Shown here in pieces: positions 19,334-29,217 of a stretch of DNA of 64,000 nt (its first letter is position 1; each line of letters begins with the position of its first letter). The stretch comes from a virus, in the IMG/VR virus record IMGVR_UViG_3300037493_005286, positions 1 through 64,000 of that record; one strand, 5' to 3'. Position numbers and translations under genes: made by a program. The notes beneath the pieces were generated by a model, which was not told where the DNA came from, searched no databases, and saw only the letters and a list, made by a program, of their open reading frames with translations.

Positions 19334-19867
19334 ATGAATATATTTGTAACAGATGATGATCCAATACTAGCAGCTCACAATCTATGTGATCAGCACGTGA
19401 GGTCGAAAATGCAAATTGAAGGAGCTATTATGCTAGCTCATGCATTTCCTCAAGAATTACTTGACCATCCATCAACGCCTAAAACTCAAACAGGTAAATC
19501 TCGTAAATCTGGTAAAGGTTATGCTAAGCATCAATGTTCAATTTGGGCTCGTGAAACGCAATCAAATTTTGAATGGCTGGTAGATCATACTCTGGAAATG
19601 TTTAATGAGCGCATGTTTAGATGGCCTCAATCAAATGAACATTTTACAAAGACATTTATTATGTGGTGTAAGGAGAATATACATAACATTATAACCCTTC
19701 AAACCGAACTAACTCCGTATGCGGTTGCAATTAATACAGATTGTAACTGTCGTAAAGTTATCTGTAATTTTAATGATCTATCAACTATCGATAAATATCG
19801 TTCATATATTATACATGATAAAGAATTTGCTACCTGGACTAATAGATCAGCACCAAGTTGGTATTAG
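19334..19867 (+). CDS. Pyrimidine-dimer DNA glycosylase-like protein
   Basis: MNIFVTDDDP..AA..LCDQH..KM, H.CSIWARE..NF.WL, YRSY..DK..ATW..R..PSW. Confidence 0.8.
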   Translation: MNIFVTDDDPILAAHNLCDQHVRSKMQIEGAIMLAHAFPQELLDHPSTPKTQTGKSRKSGKGYAKHQCSIWARETQSNFEWLVDHTLEMFNERMFRWPQSNEHFTKTFIMWCKENIHNIITLQTELTPYAVAINTDCNCRKVICNFNDLSTIDKYRSYIIHDKEFATWTNRSAPSWY

Positions 19868-19893
19868 TAAAATTTAATATCAAACCTTAAAAT

Positions 19894-19928
19894 AAAAATC
19901 CCGAGCTGTTAACAGCTCGGGATTTTTT
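19894..19928. terminator. Bidirectional intrinsic terminator
   Basis: Perfect 34-bp palindrome AAAAATCCCGAGCTGTT/AACAGCTCGGGATTTTT between convergent genes. Confidence 0.85.
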
Positions 19929-19955
19929 AGTTATATAACTATATCTGGGAGATTA

Positions 19956-20621
19956 TTATTTAACAGAAGACATATCGATGAACTTATATAATTCAGTTCT
20001 CGTTTTTTCATCAGCAAGAAAATCACCGGTAAGTTTAGAAGTAATCATAAAACAACCGTCATGACGGACACCTCTATTACATGCACAGGTATGTTGAGCT
20101 TTAAGTACAACAGCAACACCTAGATTACCTTCGCACGCTGTATTGACTGCATCAGCAATTTGCTTAGTTAACATTTCCTGAATTTGAGGTCTTCTAGCGT
20201 AGAATTCTACAATTCTATTGAGCTTACTAAGACCAATCACCTTACCGTCTAGACTTGGAATATACGCAACATGAGCTACGCCTGTAAAAGCTAAATGGTG
20301 ATGAGAACAAAGAGATTTAACAGGAATATTACATTGAGCAACAATACCATCGTAACCATCATTAGGAAAAGCAGTTACATTAGGTTGATTATCATAACAA
20401 CCTGTCGCAATATCATTGACGAATGCTTTTGCGACGCGCATTGGTGTATTATCTGAGTTTGGATCATTTCGCCAATCGAAACCTAAAGCATCCATGTATT
20501 TCTCATATGCTTTTGCTGCGCGTTTAATAATCGCTTGTTTTTCTTTTTCAGTTCTAGGTGCATTTCCGTTAGCGTACGGAAGCTTAATAAGCTCGCCAAT
20601 ATCTGTATGATCTTCTTCCAT
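19956..20621 (-). CDS. folE: GTP cyclohydrolase I (start revised to MEEDH)
   Basis: [42 protein letters not shown]. Confidence 0.95.
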   Translation of the reverse strand: MEEDHTDIGELIKLPYANGNAPRTEKEKQAIIKRAAKAYEKYMDALGFDWRNDPNSDNTPMRVAKAFVNDIATGCYDNQPNVTAFPNDGYDGIVAQCNIPVKSLCSHHHLAFTGVAHVAYIPSLDGKVIGLSKLNRIVEFYARRPQIQEMLTKQIADAVNTACEGNLGVAVVLKAQHTCACNRGVRHDGCFMITSKLTGDFLADEKTRTELYKFIDMSSVK

Positions 20622-20660
20622 AATAAATATATTGTAACTGCTGAATTCTGGTAAATCAAC

Positions 20661-20668
20661 TATAAATA
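20661..20668 (+). promoter_or_regulatory. T4-type late promoter TATAAATA
   Basis: Exact consensus, 5 nt upstream of ATG 20674. Confidence 0.8.
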
Positions 20669-20673
20669 ACAAT

Positions 20674-21120
20674 ATGGCTAAGTTATCGCAAAAAGAACTA
20701 ATTAATGAAGGTGTTTTTAAAAATATATTAAGAGGTGTCGCGAAAACAGCATTGCAAGGTGCCAAGGGATTAGCGAAAGGCGTTGTTAAAACAATAACAC
20801 CCACGGGTTATAGTGTATTAGCTAGCGGTGCTAGTAAGGCAAAGCAAGTCGGTAAGAGTATTAAGCAAAATTTTGCAACTAAGGAAGATCAATTGACCGA
20901 TATATTATATCAACGTGGATACATACCAGTGGATAAGGTAAGAGGCGATATTAATAAGCAAGGTACAGTAACTGTTGCGGAACTAGAATATGATCCTCAA
21001 GGTAAACCTATACCGGGTCAAACTTTACCATCACCTGTCGTTTTTACTAATAAAAACGGTACTATTAACATAGTACGTGGACCGTATCGTCGTACAGCAT
21101 CAACTCGACCTACTAGTTAA
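20674..21120 (+). CDS. Late basic protein, putative internal head protein
   Basis: Late promoter; N-terminus [12 protein letters not shown]|G resembles a prohead-protease-cleaved leader. Confidence 0.55.
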   Translation: MAKLSQKELINEGVFKNILRGVAKTALQGAKGLAKGVVKTITPTGYSVLASGASKAKQVGKSIKQNFATKEDQLTDILYQRGYIPVDKVRGDINKQGTVTVAELEYDPQGKPIPGQTLPSPVVFTNKNGTINIVRGPYRRTASTRPTS

Positions 21121-21550
21121 CATTAACTTCGATATTTTTATCAGCTATATGCTTAGCGTCGATATCAATTAGCGCGTCTAATTGAGCTATAAAGTCTTTA
21201 CCTATCAATACTTTAAGTTCATTAGTAGACCGATCCCCTATACTAAACGGGACGTTGTCAAATTCTTTACTGCCAAACTTCATACGAAATCGTACGACAG
21301 GTCTTTCTTCAATATTACCAGCACCAACATTAATTGTAATAATGTTCTCTATATCCTTAATAATACGCTTATTATTAACAGTTGTAAATGTAACTTTATT
21401 ACCCTGTCTTATTATATCTTCGCCATGTAGTACATTATAGGCACCGTTACCTGAGTCTATTTTAGCGTCTAGTTTACCTACCCCTGCTAATTCGATATTC
21501 TCAATAAGACCGATAACTGTTTTTTCAAAAAATTGCTTAAAGTTTTTCAT
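21113..21550 (-). CDS. Retropepsin-like (RimB / putative ATP-dependent Zn protease family) protease; start revised to MKNFKQFFE
   Basis: DAKIDSGN...ERPVV...FSIGDRS...VLIGKDFI. Confidence 0.75.
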   Translation of the reverse strand: MKNFKQFFEKTVIGLIENIELAGVGKLDAKIDSGNGAYNVLHGEDIIRQGNKVTFTTVNNKRIIKDIENIITINVGAGNIEERPVVRFRMKFGSKEFDNVPFSIGDRSTNELKVLIGKDFIAQLDALIDIDAKHIADKNIEVNVN

Positions 21551-21551
21551 A

Positions 21552-22016
21552 TTATACGCATTCCGCACAACCACCGCAAGTACATCCTTCAGCTGCATAC
21601 GAGCAGTGAGTTTCAGCACCCTTATTATACATACCTTCATCGCCTTCGCAACCACACTCATCACCTGACTCGTGTTGCTTGTATTCCAGCCAATGATAAA
21701 CAGATGAGATGTAATCTGAAGCCTTGGTAATTTTTGCAGCTACCCACCCTTCCAGGGACGGCATACTAGCTACCATTTCCCTTAATTTAGGAGTATATTC
21801 CGAGAGCTTATGTAACTCAGATGATGCCATTTCTATTTCACTTGGATCATGTTCTTCTTCTTGTTCACTATGATCAGTCTCTGTTCCTGGCATATCTAAA
21901 CGTACCATTACCGGCATACCGGCGGGCTGTTCACCCATACCAGCAGGTCCGAGATTCATCTCGTTAACCTTACCGTATGCCTCAGCTAAAAGACTTTGAT
22001 CCTTTTTAGTATACAT
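21552..22016 (-). CDS. Late protein, putative internal head protein
   Basis: TAAATA 5 nt upstream; LAEAYGKVNE; LEGWVAAKITKASDYISSVYHWL motif; Cys-rich tail. Confidence 0.6.
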   Translation of the reverse strand: MYTKKDQSLLAEAYGKVNEMNLGPAGMGEQPAGMPVMVRLDMPGTETDHSEQEEEHDPSEIEMASSELHKLSEYTPKLREMVASMPSLEGWVAAKITKASDYISSVYHWLEYKQHESGDECGCEGDEGMYNKGAETHCSYAAEGCTCGGCAECV

Positions 22017-22020
22017 AATG

Positions 22021-22626
22021 TTATTTAATCCTCTCGCGTATTATTTTATATGCTTTTTCCTTAAGTGTGTCACTTAATTTATTTGACATTCCTTGTTTAA
22101 ATCCTTTAATATCTCCCTCTACAGCTAGCTGTCTTAACTTTGACGCGCTCATACCTTCAACGTTTTCTGAATCGGGGTCTCTATCACCTGCAGATTCGAA
22201 GCTATACGTTTTAAATTCAAACGGTACATTACCAGTCTTATCAGGCTTACCGTTATAAGCAGCAATTAGAGTTTTAAAATCTGGTATTCTATCACTGCCC
22301 GCAATATGAATAATATTGGTATATCCCTTAGCCTGTAAATCATGAAGCATCGACATTAACGTTTTACCAGAAGACAATATATTAACGTTATCACCAATCA
22401 TAGATTGTAGTAATAATACCTTTTCCTCATACGTTAGTGGATTTTTTTTATTATCTTGTGTATGAGTCGGTACTATAAAGCCATCAGCGTTATTTTTATT
22501 AGCAGTATCAATAAGCTTGTTAATTAGCTTTTCATGCCCAATTGTAGGTGGGTTATATCTACCGTATGCTATAACTGCAGTCTTACCACTATAGTTTTCA
22601 TAAAAGAATTTTCGAAAAATAACCAT
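22021..22626 (-). CDS. HIGH-superfamily nucleotidyltransferase (cytidyltransferase/NMNAT-like); start revised to MVIFRKFFYE
   Basis: YGRYNPPTIGHEKL, NPLTYEEK, AGSDR, MSASKLR. Confidence 0.85.
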   Translation of the reverse strand: MVIFRKFFYENYSGKTAVIAYGRYNPPTIGHEKLINKLIDTANKNNADGFIVPTHTQDNKKNPLTYEEKVLLLQSMIGDNVNILSSGKTLMSMLHDLQAKGYTNIIHIAGSDRIPDFKTLIAAYNGKPDKTGNVPFEFKTYSFESAGDRDPDSENVEGMSASKLRQLAVEGDIKGFKQGMSNKLSDTLKEKAYKIIRERIK

Positions 22627-22633
22627 ACATTTA

Positions 22634-22652
22634 TATTTATATGTTATAAATA
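22634..22652. promoter_or_regulatory. Back-to-back divergent late promoters
   Basis: TATAAATA on the minus strand (22634-22641) and plus strand (22645-22652), each 7 nt from an ATG. Confidence 0.8.
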
Positions 22653-22659
22653 TATTTAC

Positions 22660-23745
22660 ATGATTACCTTTAAGAGTTATTTGAGTAATGTCTTGCTTAA
22701 TGAGGGAGGTGCAGCTGGTCATATGGCTCATCCTTTTGATTTACCTAATATTAAGAACGGTAGAGAATTAATTTCCTTTTTCAATACAGCTGCACAAATA
22801 GCAACTGAGCAACCGGCTAGTTTAAAAATAGATGGCATTAATACAAGCTTTAAGCTCATTACAAACGCACATGGTGATAAGGAGTTCGCTATTGATAGAG
22901 GTTCTATGAAGCCCTTAGATGTAAGGGGCATAACTTTAGATAAATTAATTGAAAGATTCGGTGAAGGTCATGGTATGGTTGCAGCGGGTAAGAAATTACT
23001 TACAATCCTAAATACTGCACTTCCCATTATACAGCCGGAATTAAAAGCATTAGGTTTATGGTCTAATAGTAAAAAGTTTTTAAACACTGAATATGTATCT
23101 GCTAAGACAAACGTACAAGAGTATAATGAGAGCTTTCTAGCTATTCACGGGGTTAATATGTTTAAGCAAGTGACACCTAAAAGACGTGAGTCGGTTGAAG
23201 TTAAATATGATAAAAAGGCGATGGAGTCACTTATACAAAAGTTAAATCCTGTTGCAAAGGGATATGATTTTGTTGTTTATGGATCGGTACCAGCTAGTAT
23301 GGAGCGTCATGATGTACCTACTTTCGAAAAGACATTAAATGTAGTATTACCTTTAGCATATGAACCCGGTAAGATCGTACATAAAACTTTAGGTGAATGG
23401 TTACGAACGGTTGTAAATCCATTTGATACACGTGTTAAGACTTTGGACGGTAGGAAAATAGGTGTATTATCAAAACAAGTATATATGCATCTACTTAATG
23501 GACGTCCTGCTAGTGAAATCGTTGGTGATAATGTACATGATCAGCAATTATGTATTGATGGTGCTGTTATATATCATGCCACGCGTGTATTAGGTCGTGA
23601 ATTACTAGCTGCAATTAACACTCCTATGGGTAAAGGAAGTGAGCATGAGGGCATTGTGCTTAGAGATAAGAGACTAGGACCTAAACCTGTAAAAATTACT
23701 GGTGATTTTATTGTTAAGGGACTTGAGAGTGTTTTTCGTAAGTAA
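22660..23745 (+). CDS. Ligase-like covalent nucleotidyltransferase (DUF6267-like); start revised to MITFKSYL
   Basis: EGGAAGHMAHPFD; KIDG (motif I), NTEYV (III), HEGIVL (IV), VKITGDF (V). Confidence 0.6.
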   Translation: MITFKSYLSNVLLNEGGAAGHMAHPFDLPNIKNGRELISFFNTAAQIATEQPASLKIDGINTSFKLITNAHGDKEFAIDRGSMKPLDVRGITLDKLIERFGEGHGMVAAGKKLLTILNTALPIIQPELKALGLWSNSKKFLNTEYVSAKTNVQEYNESFLAIHGVNMFKQVTPKRRESVEVKYDKKAMESLIQKLNPVAKGYDFVVYGSVPASMERHDVPTFEKTLNVVLPLAYEPGKIVHKTLGEWLRTVVNPFDTRVKTLDGRKIGVLSKQVYMHLLNGRPASEIVGDNVHDQQLCIDGAVIYHATRVLGRELLAAINTPMGKGSEHEGIVLRDKRLGPKPVKITGDFIVKGLESVFRK

Positions 23746-24723
23746 TTACTTAGGTTTAACAGTGATCATAAAACCGTTACCGTCTTTGTGTCTGTTCGTT
23801 TTAACGTGTGATGGTAGACTGTTAACCATATGATACATCTCCACTAGGCTATTAATATTTTTAAAGTCTATAAACTGCAAATAAATATCATTACTAATTT
23901 TATTATTAAAGCAGATCATCGAATCAAAGCCTTGCTCCTGCTTATATACGAACATTTGAGCAATTCCTCCAATTTGCATTAATATATTACCGCTCCGAAG
24001 CTTACTTTTAACTTTAAAGTATTTATAGTCATCTTTTAAAGCGGTTAATACTACCGGGTCAGTTAACAGCTCAACAATATACTGCAGTGCCTTTTCGGTA
24101 CCAGAATTAACTGCGATTGTCTCGGCCATTTTATTAACAAATTCTTCATCAGTATTATAATCTAGCGACATGTTAGTCATATCATCAGCTATGACCGGAC
24201 TTTTGTAAAGTCTACCGCCTGCTCCTTTAAGCTCAATATTTCTATCGCCAATCGCGAGATCTCCTTTTTGTGGTTTATACCCATTACCAAAAAAAGCTAA
24301 AAATAGCTCACCTTGACCCGACGAGCCGTGAATGGGTGCTTTGGGTAAAGCGCTCCACGCATATTTAAGCATGTAGTTAGCTACGTTTGCTGTTGGATAT
24401 ATTTGATTAATAATATGTGAAATATAACCAGCTTTATTAGTTGTAAGCCACTCGAGAAGAAGCTCTTCGCCACGTATAAAATTAATATCAGTTAGCTCAA
24501 ACTCACCTTCTGTTATATAATTTTGAAAGCAGTTAACGTTATCGCCAATATCACCGTTAGCTATAGCTAACTTTGTCTTGACTATCTTTCTAATACCGGC
24601 AGATGATATAGAACCCAGTTTAATATATTGCTGCAGTGTTTCTTTAAAGAATTCAGCATCTACATCTTCAATATGGTTATAGGTATCACCCGTCTTAGTA
24701 TAAAGTCCTACACTCTCTGTCAT
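23746..24723 (-). CDS. PD-(D/E)xK nuclease-like protein (start revised to MTESVG)
   Basis: GQGELFL...KGDLAIGDRNIELKG. Confidence 0.55.
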   Translation of the reverse strand: MTESVGLYTKTGDTYNHIEDVDAEFFKETLQQYIKLGSISSAGIRKIVKTKLAIANGDIGDNVNCFQNYITEGEFELTDINFIRGEELLLEWLTTNKAGYISHIINQIYPTANVANYMLKYAWSALPKAPIHGSSGQGELFLAFFGNGYKPQKGDLAIGDRNIELKGAGGRLYKSPVIADDMTNMSLDYNTDEEFVNKMAETIAVNSGTEKALQYIVELLTDPVVLTALKDDYKYFKVKSKLRSGNILMQIGGIAQMFVYKQEQGFDSMICFNNKISNDIYLQFIDFKNINSLVEMYHMVNSLPSHVKTNRHKDGNGFMITVKPK

Positions 24724-24754
24724 AATAACATTGTTATAACAAAGTTCCTTAAGT

Positions 24755-25300
24755 CTACTCGTATTTATTAAGAGTATCCGTAAAGTCCTCAGTGCCGCCA
24801 TCCATTAACTTTAAAATACTATCGGAAATTTCCGTTGGGCTAATATTACCAAATTCCTGAATTAGAGAATTGACAATATTAAGTTCTGACTCTGTAGGTG
24901 CATGAGAAAACGCCTTAACTAAGAGATCTACTAACAACCTTTCACGTTCTGGAGTAAGTGGAATTGTTTTTTGACCTACAGGTCCTTGTGAGATTGTACT
25001 GGAGTTTACATTAGGTAAATATCTCGCAATTACTTTTGCAACACGTTTAGGATTTTCATTACGATACTGCTTATTAATAGCGTCTACTGTCCACAACTCG
25101 CTACGTTTTGGCGTATAAGCGAAAGCTTTCGCAACAAGATTTATTAGATATATTTCGCCTTGTGACGGTAGATCTGCTGACTCCTGTGGCTCTTGAGCCG
25201 GTGTAGCTGTAGCATCAGCTGGCTGCTCCAATGAATTAGGATTTAAGTTATCTTGTTCTAATAATTTAAAGTACTTGCTAATTAAGCTTAAAGTTTTCAT
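24755..25300 (-). CDS. Hypothetical late protein with internal duplication
   Basis: Repeat LINLVAKAFAYTPKRSEL / LVDLLVKAFSHAPTESEL; N-terminus KYFKLLE|Q. Confidence 0.6.
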   Translation of the reverse strand: MKTLSLISKYFKLLEQDNLNPNSLEQPADATATPAQEPQESADLPSQGEIYLINLVAKAFAYTPKRSELWTVDAINKQYRNENPKRVAKVIARYLPNVNSSTISQGPVGQKTIPLTPERERLLVDLLVKAFSHAPTESELNIVNSLIQEFGNISPTEISDSILKLMDGGTEDFTDTLNKYE

Positions 25301-25303
25301 ATT

Positions 25304-25681
25304 TTAGATAGGAGTATTAGCTGCAGCTACAGCGTTTTTTGCTATCTTAACAATAGTATTTGTGAGCTGCTTTTTTGCATTAAGAGCTGCTGGGTTTCTT
25401 TTAAGGTGATCGTCATTAGTATTGAGTAGACCAGCGATTAAATCGTCCTCGCCATCCTCTTCTATATCCGCGGCCGAATTATCTATTTTTTGAACCGCTT
25501 TAATTGCTATAGTTACAATACTACCATCTAAATGTATTACAATTTCATCTCTAAATGTCTTTGCAACGGATTGTATACCCTTTGCAGCAAAAAATTGTTG
25601 CAAATCACGCTTTGCTTTCATTGTAGCGTCAATATCGCTATCGGGCATGCTGCTTTCAACTATATCTAAAAACTTACTCAT
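25304..25681 (-). CDS. Hypothetical late protein
   Basis: TAAATA 5 nt upstream; MSKFLDIVE|S. Confidence 0.6.
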   Translation of the reverse strand: MSKFLDIVESSMPDSDIDATMKAKRDLQQFFAAKGIQSVAKTFRDEIVIHLDGSIVTIAIKAVQKIDNSAADIEEDGEDDLIAGLLNTNDDHLKRNPAALNAKKQLTNTIVKIAKNAVAAANTPI

Positions 25682-25689
25682 ATACTTAT

Positions 25690-26274
25690 TTATGTTAATA
25701 GGGCAAGTTTAGTTTGAAGCTGGTTAAAATATGTATTATTGAGATAAACCAAATTATTACTCTTTAAAAACTTTTTAAGATTACTATATGTAAACTTTAA
25801 AACATCAATTTGCTGACTTTTATTAATCGACTGTATTAATATTGATGTATATTCTGCATCCTTAAGCTTAATTAGTCTATCAAATTCATTAATATTTAAA
25901 TTAACGTTTAAAAATCCTAAGGGTAACAATGTTTTTAACTTTCGTACTATATAGTTACTTATTTTACTAAAATTTAAATCAACTGGTAATTCGGAATAAT
26001 TTTCAAATTCATTAAAAAACAATACCGGCTTAAGCTTAACACTGTCAGTCTTAATGTAGTCACATAATTCTAAAATATAAAAATTATAAAATAACTTTTT
26101 AATATCTGCTTTTTTGTAATCATCAACAATACCGAGTTGATAGGCGTAGTTATTGACTTTATAAAATGCATTTTTTGCAAATACACTATGATTTAAAAGC
26201 TTAACACCATAATTAGCTAGCGCCAGCTGGCTTATTTCCGATTCTAAGATTGATGATTCCATTATAATACTCAT
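25690..26274 (-). CDS. Hypothetical protein (start uncertain)
   Basis: Long ORF within the minus-strand block. Confidence 0.55.
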   Translation of the reverse strand: MSIIMESSILESEISQLALANYGVKLLNHSVFAKNAFYKVNNYAYQLGIVDDYKKADIKKLFYNFYILELCDYIKTDSVKLKPVLFFNEFENYSELPVDLNFSKISNYIVRKLKTLLPLGFLNVNLNINEFDRLIKLKDAEYTSILIQSINKSQQIDVLKFTYSNLKKFLKSNNLVYLNNTYFNQLQTKLALLT

Positions 26275-26629
26275 TTGTCAGTAATACCTCTCTTTCGAAT
26301 TGTATTTTAGCTTCATGATACGAAAGTTCCCACTTACTATTGCAATATTTTACAATTTTAAAGGTAAAGTTATGTTTACCAATAGATTCAATATCTTTAT
26401 TAACGTCATTTGATGAGGAAGTATAGGACTTCCAGTCCGTTTCAACCTTTTCATGACGTTTATTTTTTTTGCCTTTTAAAGGAGGCCTTTTTTTAGTGGT
26501 AATGCATTGTTTTTTGCCAATATACTTACGATTACTAATATTATTTGTAATTATGTATACAAATCCAAAAGGTAACTCACCTAACTGAGTCAATTTTTCA
26601 TCAAGCAACCAATGGCCCAGGTCCTGCAT
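26213..26629 (-). CDS. GIY-YIG endonuclease (Seg-like, single domain)
   Basis: GFVYIITN..SNRKYIGKK, DWKSYTSSS, E.KIQF, YYNG. Confidence 0.85.
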   Translation of the reverse strand: MQDLGHWLLDEKLTQLGELPFGFVYIITNNISNRKYIGKKQCITTKKRPPLKGKKNKRHEKVETDWKSYTSSSNDVNKDIESIGKHNFTFKIVKYCNSKWELSYHEAKIQFEREVLLTNEYYNGIINLRIGNKPAGAS

Positions 26630-26882
26630 TAGATTTCTTTCGTTTTAACTTAGTTTTTTTACCTTTTATTACAATAGCTCCAGATCGCTTTTGTATAACA
26701 CCTGAACCTTTAGGTACACGTGCATCGTTAGGAGCATAAACATCATCATTTGACGATATTCGACCAGCTTCAGGATTATAAATGCCATTTGCAACTGCAG
26801 TGCCAAACGATCCCGACGCCGTCATATCCTCTACCACAATTTTTAAAAAAGCTCGAGCAAACTTACACGTTGATTCTATCAC
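26601..26882 (-). CDS. Small late protein
   Basis: GTG start 5 nt after TATAAATA (26888-26895); YAPNDARVPK motif; basic tail. Confidence 0.55.
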   Translation of the reverse strand: MIESTCKFARAFLKIVVEDMTASGSFGTAVANGIYNPEAGRISSNDDVYAPNDARVPKGSGVIQKRSGAIVIKGKKTKLKRKKSNAGPGPLVA

Positions 26883-26903
26883 ATTTATATTTATACTTAA
26901 GTT

Positions 26904-27299
26904 GTGGAACTTCTTAAAAGATATATTGATGAGATTAATAAAGACTTAATAGTCAATGACTTTAACATTAAAGAAGTTCAACTAAGACTGCCATCACGAA
27001 AGCATTTTTGGGTAGCACGGTTAATTGATGCTAAGATTGATCGTAATAAACTAATAGGTAAAAAGAAAGACCTTAAAAAGGAGCTAACGCAGCGAATTAT
27101 AGCTGAAAGCCCTGTTAAGATTACAATTCAAACTGCAGAATTTGCTGCGGAAAACACAAATGAAATCGAACTTATTAATAATAAGGTCAAGGAGTATGAT
27201 TATATTATTGAATACTTAGAAAAAGTAGAAAAGATATTCAGTACGATGCACTGGGAGATAAAAAATATCGTACAACTTAACCAAATGGAGCAACTTTAA
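26904..27299 (+). CDS. uvsY: Recombination mediator UvsY-like
   Basis: KDL..., IEYLEKVEKIF..MHWEIKNIV; immediately upstream of uvsW. Confidence 0.75.
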   Translation: MELLKRYIDEINKDLIVNDFNIKEVQLRLPSRKHFWVARLIDAKIDRNKLIGKKKDLKKELTQRIIAESPVKITIQTAEFAAENTNEIELINNKVKEYDYIIEYLEKVEKIFSTMHWEIKNIVQLNQMEQL

Positions 27300-28735
27300 T
27301 GAGTATTACCTTTGACTATAACAATTCAACCACGAAGCTTCTTATACGTACAGAAGATAAAGATTTATTTTCACGAATTCGTGAACACTTTAGTGTAGAA
27401 AAACAGGGCGCTAAATTTGCTAAGAGGTTCAGTCGGTTTGCGCCGACGAGGCAATACATGATTACCCCTACAGGTATATGTGAGTTAGGATTATTTTGGG
27501 AAATTAAAAATTTTTTAATAGAAAAACAAATTTTAGTACCTGTAGAGATAACACCTAAGCTTAAAAGTATATTAAGTGACGATAAGGTAATAGAATTTTA
27601 CAATAACTTTAAATTTGAGTTAAGAGATTACCAGAAAGACGTTATTAAAAATGCACTCAGTCTCGGTAGAGGTACATGTGTACTAGGAACTGGTGCTGGT
27701 AAAACGTTTGTTACAGCAGCATTAATTGAGAATTACTTTCAAAGTGCTAATAATAAAAATACTTTTAAATGTTTAGTAATTGTTCCAGATTTAGGCCTTG
27801 TAACACAGACCTATGATGAGTTTTTAAACTGTGGATCAACATTTAAACTGACCAAATGGTCGGGCAAATGCAAGCCAGACCTTACTGCTAATGTAATTAT
27901 TTGTAATATAGGCATATTACAGAGTCAATTTGATAAAAATGAATGGGTAAAATTTGTAGATCTGTTAATTGTTGATGAATGTCATAAAATAAAACTAGAC
28001 AATAAGATTAGTAAGATGATTACGAAGCTTAAAACGTATCATAAATACGGGTTTACAGGCACTTTGCCCGAAGAGCAGATAGATAAATGGTCGATAATTG
28101 GTAAGTTCGGACCAGTTATCTATGAAAAATCGAGTTTTGAGCTAAGAAATGAAGACTTTCTCGTAAATGTCGCAGTAAAAGTACTAGATATTACATATTC
28201 TCAACGTATTCCGCGTATATCCGACAATGAATACAGGGACGAACTCGCTTTTTTACAGGAAAACTCGTTTAGAAATGAAATAATATGCAAAATATGTAAT
28301 AAACTCACAAATAATACACTTATTCTTGTAAATCACATACAACATGGTGAAATTCTGCATGAAATCATGTCAAAACTACAAGACAAGCGTGTTTTCTTTA
28401 TAAAAGGTGAGGTGGATGTGGTAGAACGTGATAAAATTAAGGTTATTATGGAAAATAGTGATAATATTATATGTATTGCTATAAGCGCCATATTTTCCAC
28501 GGGTGTAAACATCAAAAACCTACACAATATCGTGTTTGCAGCAGGTGGTAAGTCGTTTGTGCGTACGGTTCAGTCAATTGGACGTGGATTACGTAAGCAT
28601 GACACAAAAAGCAGCTTAGTTATTATTGATATTGCAGACAATCTTAAGTACGGCAACGCACATAGTATCAAAAGACAGTCAATATATACAACCGAAAAAA
28701 TAAAATACACTAAAAAAGTAATTTTACAACCTTGA
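27299..28735 (+). CDS. uvsW: UvsW SF2 helicase
   Basis: LRDYQ, GTGAGKT, DECH, GFTGT, STGVNIKNLHN, QSIGRGLR. Confidence 0.92.
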   Translation: MSITFDYNNSTTKLLIRTEDKDLFSRIREHFSVEKQGAKFAKRFSRFAPTRQYMITPTGICELGLFWEIKNFLIEKQILVPVEITPKLKSILSDDKVIEFYNNFKFELRDYQKDVIKNALSLGRGTCVLGTGAGKTFVTAALIENYFQSANNKNTFKCLVIVPDLGLVTQTYDEFLNCGSTFKLTKWSGKCKPDLTANVIICNIGILQSQFDKNEWVKFVDLLIVDECHKIKLDNKISKMITKLKTYHKYGFTGTLPEEQIDKWSIIGKFGPVIYEKSSFELRNEDFLVNVAVKVLDITYSQRIPRISDNEYRDELAFLQENSFRNEIICKICNKLTNNTLILVNHIQHGEILHEIMSKLQDKRVFFIKGEVDVVERDKIKVIMENSDNIICIAISAIFSTGVNIKNLHNIVFAAGGKSFVRTVQSIGRGLRKHDTKSSLVIIDIADNLKYGNAHSIKRQSIYTTEKIKYTKKVILQP

Positions 28736-28759
28736 TTTAATATTAAATCACAATACAAT
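28732..28759 (+). promoter_or_regulatory. Sigma70-like promoter for gp55
   Basis: TTGATT-N16-TACAAT, 8 nt before the ATG. Confidence 0.6.
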
Positions 28760-28767
28760 TACGTAAC

Positions 28768-29217
28768 ATGTCGAGTAAAGATGGTAAAGTAAATTACGTA
28801 GATCCAAAAGAGTTTAAAGACTCTATGCTTAGATTCTATGAATCGGATATTATGACGGATGACCTTGCTGAAACTATTAAAAAAATAGCATATGGTCTAA
28901 GTTACAATCCTTCGTTTATTAACTATACATATAAGGATGACATGATTGGAGATGCATTAATTAAAATGTATTCTGCCTTGTCAAGAAAGAAATATAACTT
29001 CGAAACGGGTTCGAACCCGTTTTCATACTTTACAACTATTTCGTATCACGCCTTTATTAATAGAATTAAACGTGAAAAACGACAGCATGAAGCTGTTAGC
29101 AACTACAAGGATAAGATATATGAAGATATAATGTCAGATCCTGAAGCAAGTGGTTCATATATTTACATTAAACCTAATAAAGACTACGACGATAACGATG
29201 ACTGTTACTCTGAATAA
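28768..29217 (+). CDS. gp55: Late transcription sigma factor gp55
   Basis: NYVDPKEF, KIAYGLS..PSFINYTYKDDMIGDA, NPFSYFTTISYHAFINRIKREK. Confidence 0.92.
   Translation: MSSKDGKVNYVDPKEFKDSMLRFYESDIMTDDLAETIKKIAYGLSYNPSFINYTYKDDMIGDALIKMYSALSRKKYNFETGSNPFSYFTTISYHAFINRIKREKRQHEAVSNYKDKIYEDIMSDPEASGSYIYIKPNKDYDDNDDCYSE

Noticed and set aside
25690-26274. Inactive RNase H/PIN paralogue
   Set aside because: The resemblance is only vague and no catalytic acidic motifs are visible; left as hypothetical.
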